From: Octopus sinensis
Lineage: Eukaryota
Direction of reading: 5' to 3'
Assembly: GCF_006345805.1 (NCBI RefSeq)
Contig: NC_043006.1
Coordinates: forward strand, 102,796,001-102,860,000
DNA length: 64,000 nt
The notes under the pieces were generated by a model. That model was not told the DNA's origin. It made no database searches and was given only the letters and a program-made list of their open reading frames with translations. Of the stretch, positions 25,600 through 38,369 are shown piece by piece. A program made the position numbers and the translations under genes. Position 1 is the stretch's first letter; every line of letters starts with the position of its first letter.

Positions 25600-28500
25600 A
25601 TGCTTAAATTAGGTTGTGTGAATGCGCGTGGCTTGGCGTCGGCTTGGAAGCAAGGTTACCTTCTAAACGACATCAAGTCACTGGACGTGGATATAGTAGC
25701 TATCAGCGAAACCAGACTCAGTAAGCCGCGGGCCCTCGAGTCCATGTTTGGCAATCAATTTGACATTTATTTTTCTCCCTGTCTGCCGAACATGGGTGGT
25801 GGAGGTACTGCGGTGCTTTTTCGAAAGAGTCTAAAGGTAAAAGTAAGAGCAATATTCCTAGACCCGGAGGGTAGGCTGGTTGTCTTGGACGTGGATGGCA
25901 GAAATGGGTGTGCATTCCGTCTGATGGCAGTTTATGCACCGTCCTTAACGGGTCGGGCGGATTTCTTCAGACGTCTAGAGGTTTTCCTGGGTACGTCTAG
26001 ACCTTTACTGTTAGTAGGGGATTGGAACGCTACCTTGGACACGCATCTAGATTATGTGGGAAGGGATAGGAATAGAAGGGGGTGTAAGAGCCTCAAAGAC
26101 CTGCTCAGACGTTTCCATTTGTCTGACAGGTTCCGACTCGACCATCCGAACGTGCCAACGTGGACTTGGACAAACCGCGTCGGATCGTCGAGATCTTATC
26201 TAGATAGAATTCTATGCAGGACAGCGGATAGGGATAGTGTAGGATGTCCACAATTTAAAATAGTCAGCTACACAGATCACAAATTTGTTACGTGTACGCT
26301 CGACTTAGATAAAACACATAGGCAGGGTCCCGGTTACTGGAAACTGAACACGTCGCTGTTAGCGCGACAGGTTTACAGGAACCGGATTAGCGAGTTAATT
26401 AAGAGGGCGCTGACGGGAACGATCGTTAACAACCGCTGGTGGTACGCCCTGAAAATGGCAATAAAATCGGAATCAATTAGGTTTAGCAAGGAATTAGCGA
26501 TAGAACGAAATAGAGTAGAGGGAGACTTAGTTAAGAAACTAGAAGAGGCACTTACTACTGGCAGCGCAACCAACGTGCTAGCTGCGAGGATGGCCCTCGA
26601 CCAACACCTCAACGCCAAGCACGAAGGTTGCGTCGTCAGAGCTAAAATGCGTGCCTTAAGGAACGAAGGGATTGAAGCTGCGCGAGAGGCCGGGTAGCGG
26701 AGCGCGCAGCGTGGCAACAGATCAACCATTCGGTCTCTAATAGATCAACAGGGATGCAGTTTACTCGAACCCGAAAGGATGTGTGAGGCCTTTCAACAGC
26801 ACTTTGCTCGACTGTTTGGTGCGAGTGGTGGGTCGGAACGAGGGATGGATTTCAGTGCCTACCTGACCGACCTGCCGCGGCTCTCGGCAAGAGAGGCGGA
26901 GTGTTGTGAAAGTCCCATCACAGCCGCTGACGTGTGGGATGCGATGGCGGGCTGCGCGAGGGATAAGTCGCCTGGATTGGATGGTTTACCCTACGAGCTG
27001 TATTGTCGAATGCCAGACTTGTTTGGCGACCTCTTGGCATCAGTCTACTGCAACTGGCAACAAAACGGGAGAATCCCCGGTTTCGTGAGCCGAGGTGCAG
27101 TGACGTTGCTGAAGAAAGACTCAAACAAGGGGAATTTTATAGATAATTTCAGGCCCATCACTCTGCTCAACGCAGATTTGAAAATTTTGGCCAAAGTAAT
27201 AGCCGAGAGGTTGGCGCTTGTCATTGGTAAACTGGTCGACAGGGCGCAAACATGCGCCGTGCCGGGTAGAAGTATTCATGACAACCTCCATCTGATGCGC
27301 TACATTGTGGACAAGGTAGTTAAGGATCCTGGCATGGGTGGGGCGCTGATAAATTTGGATCAGTCTAAAGCCTTCGATAGGGTCGACCATCGGTACTTGG
27401 CGGCCGTCCTCAGGGCGGCTGGCTTCGGTCCCGTCTTCCGCGGTTGGATCGCTGCCTTGTATAGCGGCATCCGATCGGTGATTCGGGTAAACGGTCACCT
27501 GTCTAAACCGTTTGACATCACGCGTTCGGTCCGTCAGGGTGTCCCCTGTCGGCGCTTCTGTATGTATTGACTCTCGAGCCGCTACTGCGGAAGCTGGCGA
27601 CACTGAGGGGCATCCCACGGGAACTGGGTTGACGGGACGAGCGTGTCGGCATATGCGGACGATGTCACCGTCATAGTGTCGAGCTACCAGCACATCGAGC
27701 TGGTCGGCGAGACACTAAGAAAATATGAAACGGTGACGGGAGCAAAGATTAACCCGGAAAAGTCAGTGGGTTTGCTACTCGGCACCTGGAGAAGCAAGCC
27801 CATGCCGTCCGACTGCGGCTCAGTAGTGGGACGCTGGACGGACGGACCGGTTAAATTGCTCGGGGGTTCAGTCCGGACCTCCAAATGGATAAGAACTGGG
27901 ACGAGATCACGAGTAGAGTGGTCGCTCTCAGCCAAACATGGGCCGAGAGAAAGCTGTCTCTAAAAGGCCGGGCGGAGGTGGCGAACGCGTACATCGCATC
28001 CGTCATCGATTACCGCCTGACCGTCGTACCTTGTCCCGACGCCACCATCACCAAACTGGAACGCATACTCTCCGCTTCCTGTGGAAGGGTGGCGTTCCGA
28101 TGGTGAGGAAGTCCATTTGCTGTCAACATCCGTTGAATGGAGGACTGGGCATGCCGTGGTTGATGATGCGCAGGCATGCGCTGAGACTGCGACATCTCTG
28201 GAAATTCATCGACGACGGTGAACAGGTGTGGGCGCCGTTTGTGAGGCGCGACTTCCCGCAGCTCGTCTCACTGACCGAACTGCAAACGTGGATCAAAAAG
28301 AGACCGAGAGACGAAATGGGCGATTGGCACCGAGAGTGTCGCCAAGCTCTACAGCAGCTCTGCCGACCGGGGTCAAACTTGTGCAACTTCCAAACGACTA
28401 AAGCGTTCTATAGAGGACTAGTGGAGGGGAGGTCCGACGACACACTCGGGGCAAACCTGGGCGTCGACGAGGAATTCCTAACCCGCCTGTTCAGGACGAC

Positions 28501-29042
28501 GTTCGGGCCGGGACCTATGGATAACTTCCAGAAATCCCTGGCTTGGCAGTGCTATCGAGACGCACTACCTGTTCGAGAGAAGAGCTACAGACACGGTTCG
28601 AAAACCATCACCGGACCGACCTGCCGAGAGATGCGGTCAGAGCGACGAAACCGTTCTGCACGCACTCGTGCAGTGTCCAGATATTTCAGAGCTGTGGTCC
28701 TTCGTCGAACAGCTGTTGTCACGTGTAGGTCAGGCTCGCCTCTCGGCCGAGTCTATCGTAAATATTGTTCCACCACCTTCCTTTAAACGGGAAGGGAAAA
28801 CGGTTTTCGTTACGCTGATGGCTATGGCGAAAGAATGTGTGTGGTGGACGCGTTTGAAAGGACTGCAAACAAACACCTTCCTCTCTGGTCAGTCTCTCGT
28901 CAACTTTTTCAAGTACCACTTGAAAAGGAGGATGAGAATAGAGAGGAAGGCTTTGTCGAACGAATGTTTTAATAAAAAGTGGGTAAAAGTGGCAAAAATG
29001 GTCAGTATGAAAGACGACACTATTTTAAGCATAAATCTGTAA
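25600..29042 (+). pseudogene. LINE ORF2 (APE endonuclease + reverse transcriptase + C-terminal CCHC), interrupted by about 7 small indels as assembled
   Basis: APE motifs CVNARGL, AISET, VGDWNA, SYLDRI, TDH. RT motifs KSPGLDG, FRPITLLNADLKILAK, LDQSKAFDRVDH, VRQG, YADD (27652-27663), KINPEKS, GGLGMP. Reconstructed C-x2-C..ETVLHALVQC at 28622-28675. Confidence 0.92.
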
Positions 29043-30110
29043 CCAAAAGAGACAACGAGAAGTGAGGCGACTTACTCATGTGTTCTTTTTCGAACTGTCT
29101 GAGGTGACCTTGGTCTTTTTTGTAGGTTTTTCTTTCCAAGGCTACACCTAAACTGTGAACCTTATATATATATACATATTGCTTTTTTATACACCACACA
29201 ACCCACAGATCCCTATTGATCAAACGTTTTTTTTTTTTTTTTTTTTTTTGCCCCACCCATCCCACCTCGAAAAGAAAAAATTCTACATTGTATTTCGTCC
29301 ATTTTTATTCTGTGTTTAGCCCTGTGTGGCTACAATAAAAAGTTATCTATCTATCTGTCTGTTTGTCTATCTATCTATGTACAATCATACATTCAAGCAT
29401 ACATGCTTACATTTATACATACATACATACGTACATACATACATACGTGCATACATACATACATACATTATACGTATATAAGCGCACAGAAATGTATATA
29501 CTGTTTCGTACTCCTACGTATACACACAGCTTCACACGAACATATCTACATACCATTACACCGACACGTACATGCACGAGCAGGAGCGTACATACCATTG
29601 TGTGTATATAGAAACAGGCTTAAAACACAAACATACGTACAGTTATACAGATGCGCTCACATACAAGAAGAAAAAAAGACACATATGATCAAACAGGAGA
29701 CACACATACGAAAATACATAGGTAGGCATACATGTATGCACTCGCTTACATACACGAGCAGATACGAACACACAAACACGCATTCGTACGTCTATTAACA
29801 AACGTAACAAGAAGAGAAAAGCAGAGCGAAAATTTAGGGGTAAAAAAAATCTCGAAAAAGAATAAAAGTAAAAAGAAAAGAGAAACAAGGAACGATCATT
29901 ACTATTATACTGCAACATCGATAACAACAACAACAACAACGATAACAACAACAACAGCAACAACAATAACAGTAACAACAATAACAATAACAACAACGAT
30001 GCAGAGCGGTGAGGGCGTAGAAACACGCGGGAAGTGAACTTAGTTGAAAGGTAAAACACACACACACACAAAAACACACACACACACACACACACAAACA
30101 CGCACAGACA

Positions 30111-30154
<44 letters not shown>

Positions 30155-30836
30155 TAATAATTAAAAAAAAGGTTAGAAACGTAAGGAAATATAAACAACG
30201 ATAAAAATATGTAAATAAATAAAAATCCGATGATGGTAGAAAAAAACAAAAAGAAACATTGTGATGCGAAAAGAGTTAAACATTAAAAAAAAGAACAAAT
30301 CTAAAAAAAATAAAAAGAAACAACTAAAATACAAGACATTTCACTAGAAAACCCACACATTATACGGTGATATATCATTTTCACTCTCTCTGTCTCTCTC
30401 TTTCTCACCTTCGCTCTCTCCCTCTCTCTCTCTTTCCCTCATGAACCGCAAGCCAGTAATCTCCCGCTGAAACAACCTCAGTATAGTAGTAGTAGTAGTA
30501 TTAATATTAGTAGTCGTTTTTGTTGCTTCTGTGAAATAGTTTCGGAGTTGATGATGGTGATGGTGATGAAGTTAGTGTTGATGGTGGTGGTGGTGGTGGT
30601 GGTAGGACTCTCCTTTACGGGAAGGTAGAAAGTTGATGAAAAGTCAGCCATCTTTTTATAGAATCCCACAGTTACCAGTTGAAATGTGATCTGTCATGGC
30701 AAAAACAAAAGCTACAGTGATTTATTTCAAAGATTACCGTTTTTGATTCAACTATTTCAGTTCTATCTTTGGCATGTCTGAGAATGTTATGCTTCACCAT
30801 TCTTTTCTCTTCCACCACGTTTATTATTACTCTTAA

Positions 30837-30837
<1 letters not shown>

Positions 30838-30929
<92 letters not shown>

Positions 30930-31138
30930 TAATAATAATAATATGATGATAATAATAATGATAATAATAATAATAATAATAATAATGATGATGATAATAA
31001 TAAATAATAATAATAATAATAATAATAACAACAACAACAACAACAACAACAATAATAATAATGATAATAATTACTATTATTATTATCATTATTATTACGA
31101 TGATGATGATGTTGAAGACGACGACTACGATGATGAAG

Positions 31139-31218
<80 letters not shown>

Positions 31219-31225
31219 TATTATT
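30838..31225. repeat. Compound trinucleotide microsatellite (AAT, AAC, GAT, TAT, CAT)
   Basis: Direct inspection. It is the source of several spurious poly-I/N/Y ORFs. Confidence 0.95.
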
Positions 31226-31714
31226 AATATTTGCACTTTTTGTGTAATTCTGAAACAAATCATAGCGAAAGAATATTAATATTTGTGGCATTTCTTATGA
31301 GTTGCTCATTTTATTTTTTCTCCAACATTTTTCTTCGTGTTGAACATCTATGTAAAACTTCCAAGCGAAGAAAAACAAAGAATAAAAAAAATATATAAAT
31401 TGAAAATAAAATCACTGCAAAGTAAAAATGAAATATATAGAAAAATAGATTGGTTATATTTGTTTATTTGTTTTATTATTTCTCTTAAATTTAGAATAGA
31501 TAATTTTCTATTTTTTGCTGATGCTATCAGAATCATTCTTTGCAATGTCATTATGACTGGTAGAAAGGCGCTGTGCATTGTGAGAAGTGAAGAACACCGC
31601 ACTAAACGATTTCTAAAATATAATTGCGCCCTTTTAGAATATCGGTTCAGATCTTGTGTTAGTTTGATTTTGCTATTCATCTCTTTGGGTTCGCTGTTAG
31701 AAGTAGTAATTGAT

Positions 31715-31920
31715 CTAGTGGTGAATTCTAGTAGAATCGCTAGCACGTCAGACAAAATGCTTAGCAGCATTTCTTCCGTTTCTTTACGTCTTGAGTTCAA
31801 ATCACGCCGAGTTCAACTTTGCTTTCATCCCTTCAAGGTCGATAAAAAAATGAAATACCAGCCATTTACGCGGGTCGATGCAATCGATTTGCTTCTCCGG
31901 ATAGTTGTTCTTGAACTCTG
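31715..31920 (+). mobile_element. SINE family A copy
   Basis: AGAATCGCTTAGCACGTCAG..GAGTTCAAATC..CTTTCATCCCTTCAAGGTCGAT. Confidence 0.75.
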
Positions 31921-32754
31921 CAGGGAATCGGCGTCTCGTTTAGAGAAAATATGTTTTAATCTCGGTCACCTATGTGGCATAGAAACCGAGTAACCGGCTT
32001 TATGACTCCGGGGATTCGAAAAAAAAATATTGTGCTTTTAGAACGACTTAGGCTACGGCATAACTATCCTATTATAATTAATCTAGGATGCGATCTCTTT
32101 TTCATATGCCATACCTACAGACGTTGGTGATTATGAATCTCCACGTTCTTGTACCTGGCTCACTCTTAGCACGGCATCGATTAGGTCTTTCTGAAACCAG
32201 CTGATAAGATCAGCGAGTATTTTTCTCTCTCTCTCTCTCTCCCTCTGTCTTCGACATTTTTCTTTCAGTTTCTTGTCTATCATCGAGTGCTCAAGGATTT
32301 TTTCTTGAGTCTAATGCCCTGTTCAAAGATGTGGTGCAACATGACGTTATTCCCTCTAGACACGCACCCAAAGTCCATCATCCATGCTGGTCACGCTAGT
32401 GTTCACAGAGCATCGCACTGCAGTGAAGGTGTCGGCATTTTGTTACTCGGTGCAAATTATCATGATACAGGTAACACTTTTCCAATACTCCGGTAGCCCC
32501 CAATCCTCTGTATCAGCTAACTTTCTTTCGATTACATCTTTAATCTTCATGCTGTCCAACGCCGTTGACCGTTTACCAATGCATCAAGCTTTTCCTGAAA
32601 AAAAAAAGAGTTATATAATCATTGTCAAATTTAGCCCGAACACTCCATAAATACCTTTCATGTACTTTGATCAATATCAATACATATAATAGATTACACC
32701 TCCACGACGTCATTGTGGTACGATGAGGAATAGTAATTAATAAGATTTTTCTGT

Positions 32755-33250
32755 GTGGAGGCGCAATGGTCCAGTGGTTAGGGCAGCGGACTCGCGGTCG
32801 TAGGATCGCGGTTTCGATTCCCAGACCGAGCATTGTGAGTGTTTATTGAGCGAAAACACTTAAAGCTCCACGAGGCTCCGGCAGGGGGTGGTGGTGAAAC
32901 CTGCTGTACTCTTTCACCACAACTTTCTCTCACTCTTTCTTCCTGTTTCTGTTGTACCTGTATTTCAAAGGGCCAGCCTTGTCACACTCTGTGTCACGCT
33001 GAATCTCCAAGAGAACTACGTTAAGGGTACACGTGTCTGTGGAGTGCTCTGCCACTTGCACACTGCGATGTCACTGGTGCCAAGCTACATCAACCTTTGC
33101 CTTTCCCTTGGATAACATCAGTGGCGTGGAGAGGGGTGGCTGGTATGCGTGGGGACTACGGGTCTTCCGTAAACAACCTTGCCCAGATTTGTACCTCGGA
33201 GGGTAACTTTCTAGGTGCAATTCCATGGTCATTCATGACCGAAGGAGGTC
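32755..33250 (+). mobile_element. Chimeric SINE: family B head and body switching to tail module X at about 33060
   Basis: Matches 3583-3890 up to CCACTTGCAC, then matches 12150-12340. Confidence 0.8.
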
Positions 33251-33649
33251 ACAATATCACAATGATTGTTCTGTTAGCATTATTTTCATGATAAACGTAA
33301 ACAGTGTATTTGTGAACCTGGTAGAGGGCTGCATTACATATCACACAATGTTTAATATAATCTTTTTATGTTGTGCGTAGAAACCCTACTGGGGTGGCTT
33401 TAACTTGCATCCTGCCGATATTGATTCATTACACCCATATTTTAAAAATATGTGTAAATATGTGGCACATACATTGCACGTATGTGACACATACAAACTG
33501 ACTTTTAAAAACACTTAAGCTCTTTTACTGTTTTTCAGAAATTCTCTCGACAAAAGTGTGAACTTCGGGCAATACCACACGCCCCTAGGTTTCTTGTCTA
33601 GAAACAAAAACATAATTCAAAGTTACTACTACTACTACTATTAGGGGAG

Positions 33650-33836
33650 CTTTTACGAAAATAAACAAAAGACGAAGACAGGGTGTACAAAACAAACAGA
33701 TGTATTAGTATAACGCTCAGGAATAGAAAAAGTCTTTTACGTTTCGATCTTACGCTCTTCCACAGAAAGGAACACAGAAAGAAACAAGGAGAGAAAAAAA
33801 TGTGTGTAGTGGCTAACGATCTATCATGGCGTACTT
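33650..33836 (-). mobile_element. Solo PLE pseudo-LTR (subfamily 1) with variant HHR-like fold at 33734-33769
   Basis: Homologous to the 3' end of the PLE (38005-38215). Minus-strand fold CTTT-CTGTGGA-A-GAGC(GTAA)GATC-GAAAC-GTA-AAAG. Flanked by (TAC)n. Confidence 0.75.
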
Positions 33837-33839
33837 CTT

Positions 33840-33938
<99 letters not shown>

Positions 33939-34373
33939 ATACTGCGGATAAAACAGCAGTTAGTGATGATATATTCAAGTAAGAAAAATAGTCGAGTATA
34001 ATGGGATTGATTTGAAAGCATTACTTCCAATGCGAGTCTACACAAAGCAATTAATTTTGTTGCCTTAATTACACTCAATTAGTTGAGGAATATAGAAAAT
34101 AACTACCATAGTCTAGATTTTCATCTGGCAAGTTAACCATACAGAAAACTCTCTATTCCGTAGAAAATTGACGAAACTCCTACACCACAATCCATTAGAA
34201 TTAGCAGTCGTGTTATACTTTAATAAAACAATTCCAACATTAAAAGGAATATTTGTTATCTAGGTTTCATAATACTTGGAAATGATGGAATGTCATTGTT
34301 GGAATGCTCTTGATCTTAAGTCCCCTGAATCAGGTTGACTTGATAATAAAAAACAACAAAAAGTACTACTTTT

Positions 34374-34430
34374 TTCCTTTGTTTCGAGTCTGTGGACTTC
34401 TCGTAAGTCTACAGACTCGAAGCAAAGGAA
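34374..34430 (+). other. Isolated 26-bp hairpin with 5-nt loop
   Basis: TTCCTTTGTTTCGAGTCTGTGGACTT-CTCGT-AAGTCTACAGACTCGAAGCAAAGGAA. The only non-Watson-Crick pairs are two G.U on the plus strand. Confidence 0.8.
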
Positions 34431-34742
34431 TTTCTTCGGATTTTCAAAGAGTTTTATTTTAAGAGTACAGGACACCATTTTAAAGAGGACAGCAATCGAT
34501 TTCAGGGATAACTGATATCATTTTCATCTGAGTGTAATGAAACATTGTGAAACGTAGTGGCTTGATCATCGGTCCGAGAATCGAACCTAAGACCTAGCGA
34601 CCATGAATTCAATATACTAACCAATAGGCCAGACGCCTTTAAACACCAGCTTCTAATAAACTTCGTAAAATGCTCCAAATGCCGTTCATCTAAACTTCGA
34701 AATCCAACAGTTCTTTTGATTCCATACAAGTATTAGTGATAA

Positions 34743-34760
34743 TCTATTATATAAAATCCC

Positions 34761-34791
<31 letters not shown>

Positions 34792-35151
34792 AGTGTGTGT
34801 GCGTGTCTTCGAGGATCTTGGGCATCCTCCATCCGATTGCGCTCAACTTTGATATGTAGATACCGATGGTATCAGGGCGTGTATAAGTCTTGAAAGAATT
34901 ACAAAAATCGATTCCCAGTGAGAATGCGATCGATAAAGCCGTGGGAACGTGCATTTGTACGCGCAAGTACATCAGCTGTTGCGATCGATACTACGCGTAC
35001 GCGAGAAAATTGCACGGTGTCTCAAATTTAGGCTAAATCAGTGTTTCTCAAAGGAGATATCTATGGGACAGTCGGACAAGTTGTTTTGAGAAAATTTGGT
35101 TTAAATGTTTGACAACTCAGCACCGTCCATTGGACGGGGGCGTTTTTCTCG
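34743..35151 (+). mobile_element. Non-autonomous Helitron-like element; second copy at about 53748-54116
   Basis: A|TC 5' end (TCTATTATATAAAATCCC) followed by (GT)n. 3' hairpin CCGTCC-ATT-GGACGG (35123-35137), then CTCG|T. Confidence 0.65.
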
Positions 35152-35406
35152 TGCTATATATATGTTTCTTTATGACAATATGTTAGAGAAATACATGACA
35201 TACTGGGGCATGGTTGTGTCACTAAGCACTCCAAAGCAACATATACAAATGCATATAAGTATGTATATATATGTATATATTTATATATCTGTGTGTGGGT
35301 GTGTGCATGCATAAATGTATGTACTTCTGTCTGCATCTATCCCTCTCTCTCTATATATATCTGTATATTTATAGGTATAAATATATATATGCAAATAAGT
35401 ATATGC

Positions 35407-35470
<64 letters not shown>

Positions 35471-35474
<4 letters not shown>

Positions 35475-37270
35475 TCAAACCGGCTGACAAGGGTGGAGCT
35501 GTAGTGGTGTGGCGCGCGGACCTCTATAGGGCCGAGGCTTTCCGCCAACTCAATGACGCCTCCTTCTACTCCCCTCTGCCCTCTAACCCCACACGTAGCT
35601 ACCAACAGACGGTATCCTCTACTGTCCGCGACCTCATCTCGTCCTCCCGTCTCCCCCGCACCGCATCCAACCTAATTGTGCGAACCCCACGTACCCCCAC
35701 CATTTACTTCCTCCCCAAAATCCACAAACCCAACAACCCTGGCCGCCCCATCGTCTCCGCCTGTAACTGCCCCACGGAGCTCATCTCTAAATACCTCGAC
35801 CGTGTCCTTGACCCCCTAGTGGCATCTCTTCCCTCCCACATCCACGATACCAACCATGCTCTCCGGCTTTTCAACTCTTTCTCCTTTCCTCCCGGCTCCT
35901 CCAAAATCCTTTTTACTATGGACATCCAAAGCCTCTATACTGTTATCCCTCACCACGAAGGACTGCAGGCCCTTCGACACTTTCTTGACCTCCGCTCTAA
36001 CCCTGTACCTGACACCTCCACACTCATTCGTCTGGCCGAACTTGTCCTTACTCTGAACTGCTTCTCGTTCACGGGCGAGTTCTACCATCAGGTCTCGGGA
36101 GTGGCCATGGGAACGCGAATGGGCCCCAACTATACGAACCTGTTAGTTGGCTATGTTGAGGCCCAAATATTCTCTAATTTCACTGGTCCCACTCCTGAAC
36201 TATATGGTCGTTACATTGACGACATTGTCGGTGCCACCTCACTCTCCCGTGAACATCTAGATTCCTTCCTCTCTTTCGTCCAATCTTTCCATCCAGCCCT
36301 CCACTTCACTTCCACTATCTCCAACACCTCTGTCTCCTTCCTCGACATTTCGGTTAGCATTCTTCACTCCACTCTTACCACCTCCATTCACTACAAACAC
36401 ACAGACTCACACTCATACCTCAACTTCTCTTCCTCCCACCCAGAACACACCAAGCTTTCCATCCCCTATTCCCAATTCCTCCGTCTACGTAGGCTCTGTA
36501 GTGACGACCATGACTTTGAGACTCAGTCTCAACGTATTGCTCACCACTTCACCCTACGTGGATACCCCCTCACCACTATCCACACCGCCCTTGCCAGAGC
36601 ACGGTCCGTGGACCGTGTATCTGCTCTCTCTCCCCGAACCCGCCCTGTAGTCTCCCGCCTCCATTTTCCCCTCACTTACCACCTCACGACCCTACGTCTC
36701 CAACGCACCATTCTTCGAGCTTTCCGTCATCTCCAGTTCGACCTGACCACTTCACACCTCTTCCCTAACCGACCCCTCCCCTCTTTCAAACGAGCCCACA
36801 ACCTTCGAGACCTTTTGGTCCATAGCTCCTTCCCTGACCCTACCTCCCAACCCGGCTCGTTCCCCTGCTCCCGCCCACGTTGCCGCACTTGCCCTTACCT
36901 CTCCAACACCACCCTCCTCACTAGCACCCACCATCGACCCTATCCCATCATCCACTCCTTCACCTGCACCTCCAGCAATATTATCTATTGCGTCTCTTGC
37001 TCTCTCTGCCATTCCTTGTACATCGGGCAAACGGGACGCCGCTTGGCTGACCGGTTCGCGGAACACCTTCGTGACATCCACCTTGCGAACGACACACCGG
37101 TCTCACGCCATTTCCGCTCCACCGGTCACTCCTTGCAACACCTATCTGTGTTCGGTTTGTCCTTACACAGAGGCCATCCGGATTCCCGTTTGCGCCGTGA
37201 ACAGGAATTAATCTTCTCTCTTCGCTCTTATACGCCATTTGGTCTCAACTCTCCACCCCTCCTCATCTAA
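35471..37270 (+). CDS. PLE reverse transcriptase + GIY-YIG endonuclease, N-terminally truncated, no stops over about 600 codons
   Basis: [102 protein letters not shown] and [18 protein letters not shown]. Confidence 0.92.
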
Positions 37271-38080
37271 CCCACCCCCTCCCCCTCCTCTCCTCTCCCC
37301 CTCCCCCTCTTCTCCCCCTCCCCCTCTTCTCCCCCTCCCCCTCTTCTCCCCCTCCCCCTCTTCTCCCCCTCCCCCTCTTCTCCCCCTCCCCCTCTTCTCC
37401 CCCTCCCCCTCCTCACCTCTCCCCCCCGACCCCTACTTCTTCAGTCCTTCATCCTTTCACCCTACTCCCCTTCCCTTCTTCCCTCTTTCTCCCTCCCTCC
37501 TTCCCTCTTCCCCTTCCCTCTGCTCCCTCACTCCCTTCTCTCTCTCCCCTCTCCCTCTTCCTCCTCCCCCTCCCCCTCTTCTCCCCCTCCCCCTCTTCTC
37601 CCCCTCCCCCTCTTCTCCCCCTCCCCCTCTTCTCCTCACTACACCACACGACTTTACACATCACATCATATATGATGTGCCATACTAATACATACACCAA
37701 CTAATACATACTAATACGTACTAATACATACTAATACATACTAATACATACACCAACCCTATACATACACACGTCCAGACCCCTCATACGCACTTATACT
37801 CTCTCATACACACACACACACACTTATACATACTAATACGTACTAATACATACTAATACAACACCAACCCCATACATACGCACGTCCAGACCTATCCTAC
37901 GCACTAATAGCTGGTCATTCAACCCTATTATCAACCCTATTATCTCCCCTTATTTCGCTCTCGCGTCTCATGTTTGATCTTTGACCTCTGGCCGAAATCA
38001 GATCGCCATGTTGATTCGTTAGCTACTGCACGCATTTTTTTTCTCTCCTTCTTTCTGTGTTTTTTTTTCTCTCTGTGTAT

Positions 38081-38116
38081 CTTTCTGTTGAAGAGCGTAG
38101 GTTCGAAACGTTAAAG
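38081..38116 (+). ncRNA. Hammerhead-like fold with non-canonical core (CUGUUGA) in the PLE 3' pseudo-LTR
   Basis: CTTT-CTGTTGA-A-GAGC(GTAG)GTTC-GAAAC-GTT-AAAG. All stems form, but A6 is U. Confidence 0.55.
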
Positions 38117-38231
38117 ACTTGTTTTATTTATATTTCTGAGCGCCATACTAATACAATTGTTTGTTTGTTTTCCACCTGCTTCGTCTTTTGTCTATTTCAT
38201 AAAGCTTCCCGTTATATTATATATATATATT

Positions 38232-38269
<38 letters not shown>

Positions 38270-38298
38270 GATATATATAGTATATATATATATATATC

Positions 38299-38331
<33 letters not shown>

Positions 38332-38369
38332 ATATATATATATATATATTATATATATATATATATCTG

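Larger units (their letters stand above)
23462..29345 (+). mobile_element. Apparently full-length L1/Tx1-clade non-LTR retrotransposon
   Basis: About 200-bp 5'UTR, ORF1, a short spacer, APE-RT-CCHC ORF2, and a 3'UTR with T23 (29227-29249) and AATAAA (29334-29339). Flanked on both sides by (TATC)n. Confidence 0.92.
35470..38215 (+). mobile_element. Penelope-like element, 5'-truncated, inserted in (TA)n
   Basis: RT-GIY-YIG ORF, C/T-rich minisatellite (37270-37640), TACTAATACA repeats (37680-37900) and a pseudo-LTR-like 3' end (38005-38215). (TA)n lies on both sides. Confidence 0.9.

Noticed and set aside
30672-30830. Possible minus-strand exon (VVEEKRMVKHN..HFNW)
   Set aside because: It has a donor-like site but no convincing acceptor, and the peptide is unrecognisable.
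31337-31993. 218-aa ORF
   Set aside because: It is AT-rich low-information sequence whose second half reads through a SINE A copy, with no recognisable domain.
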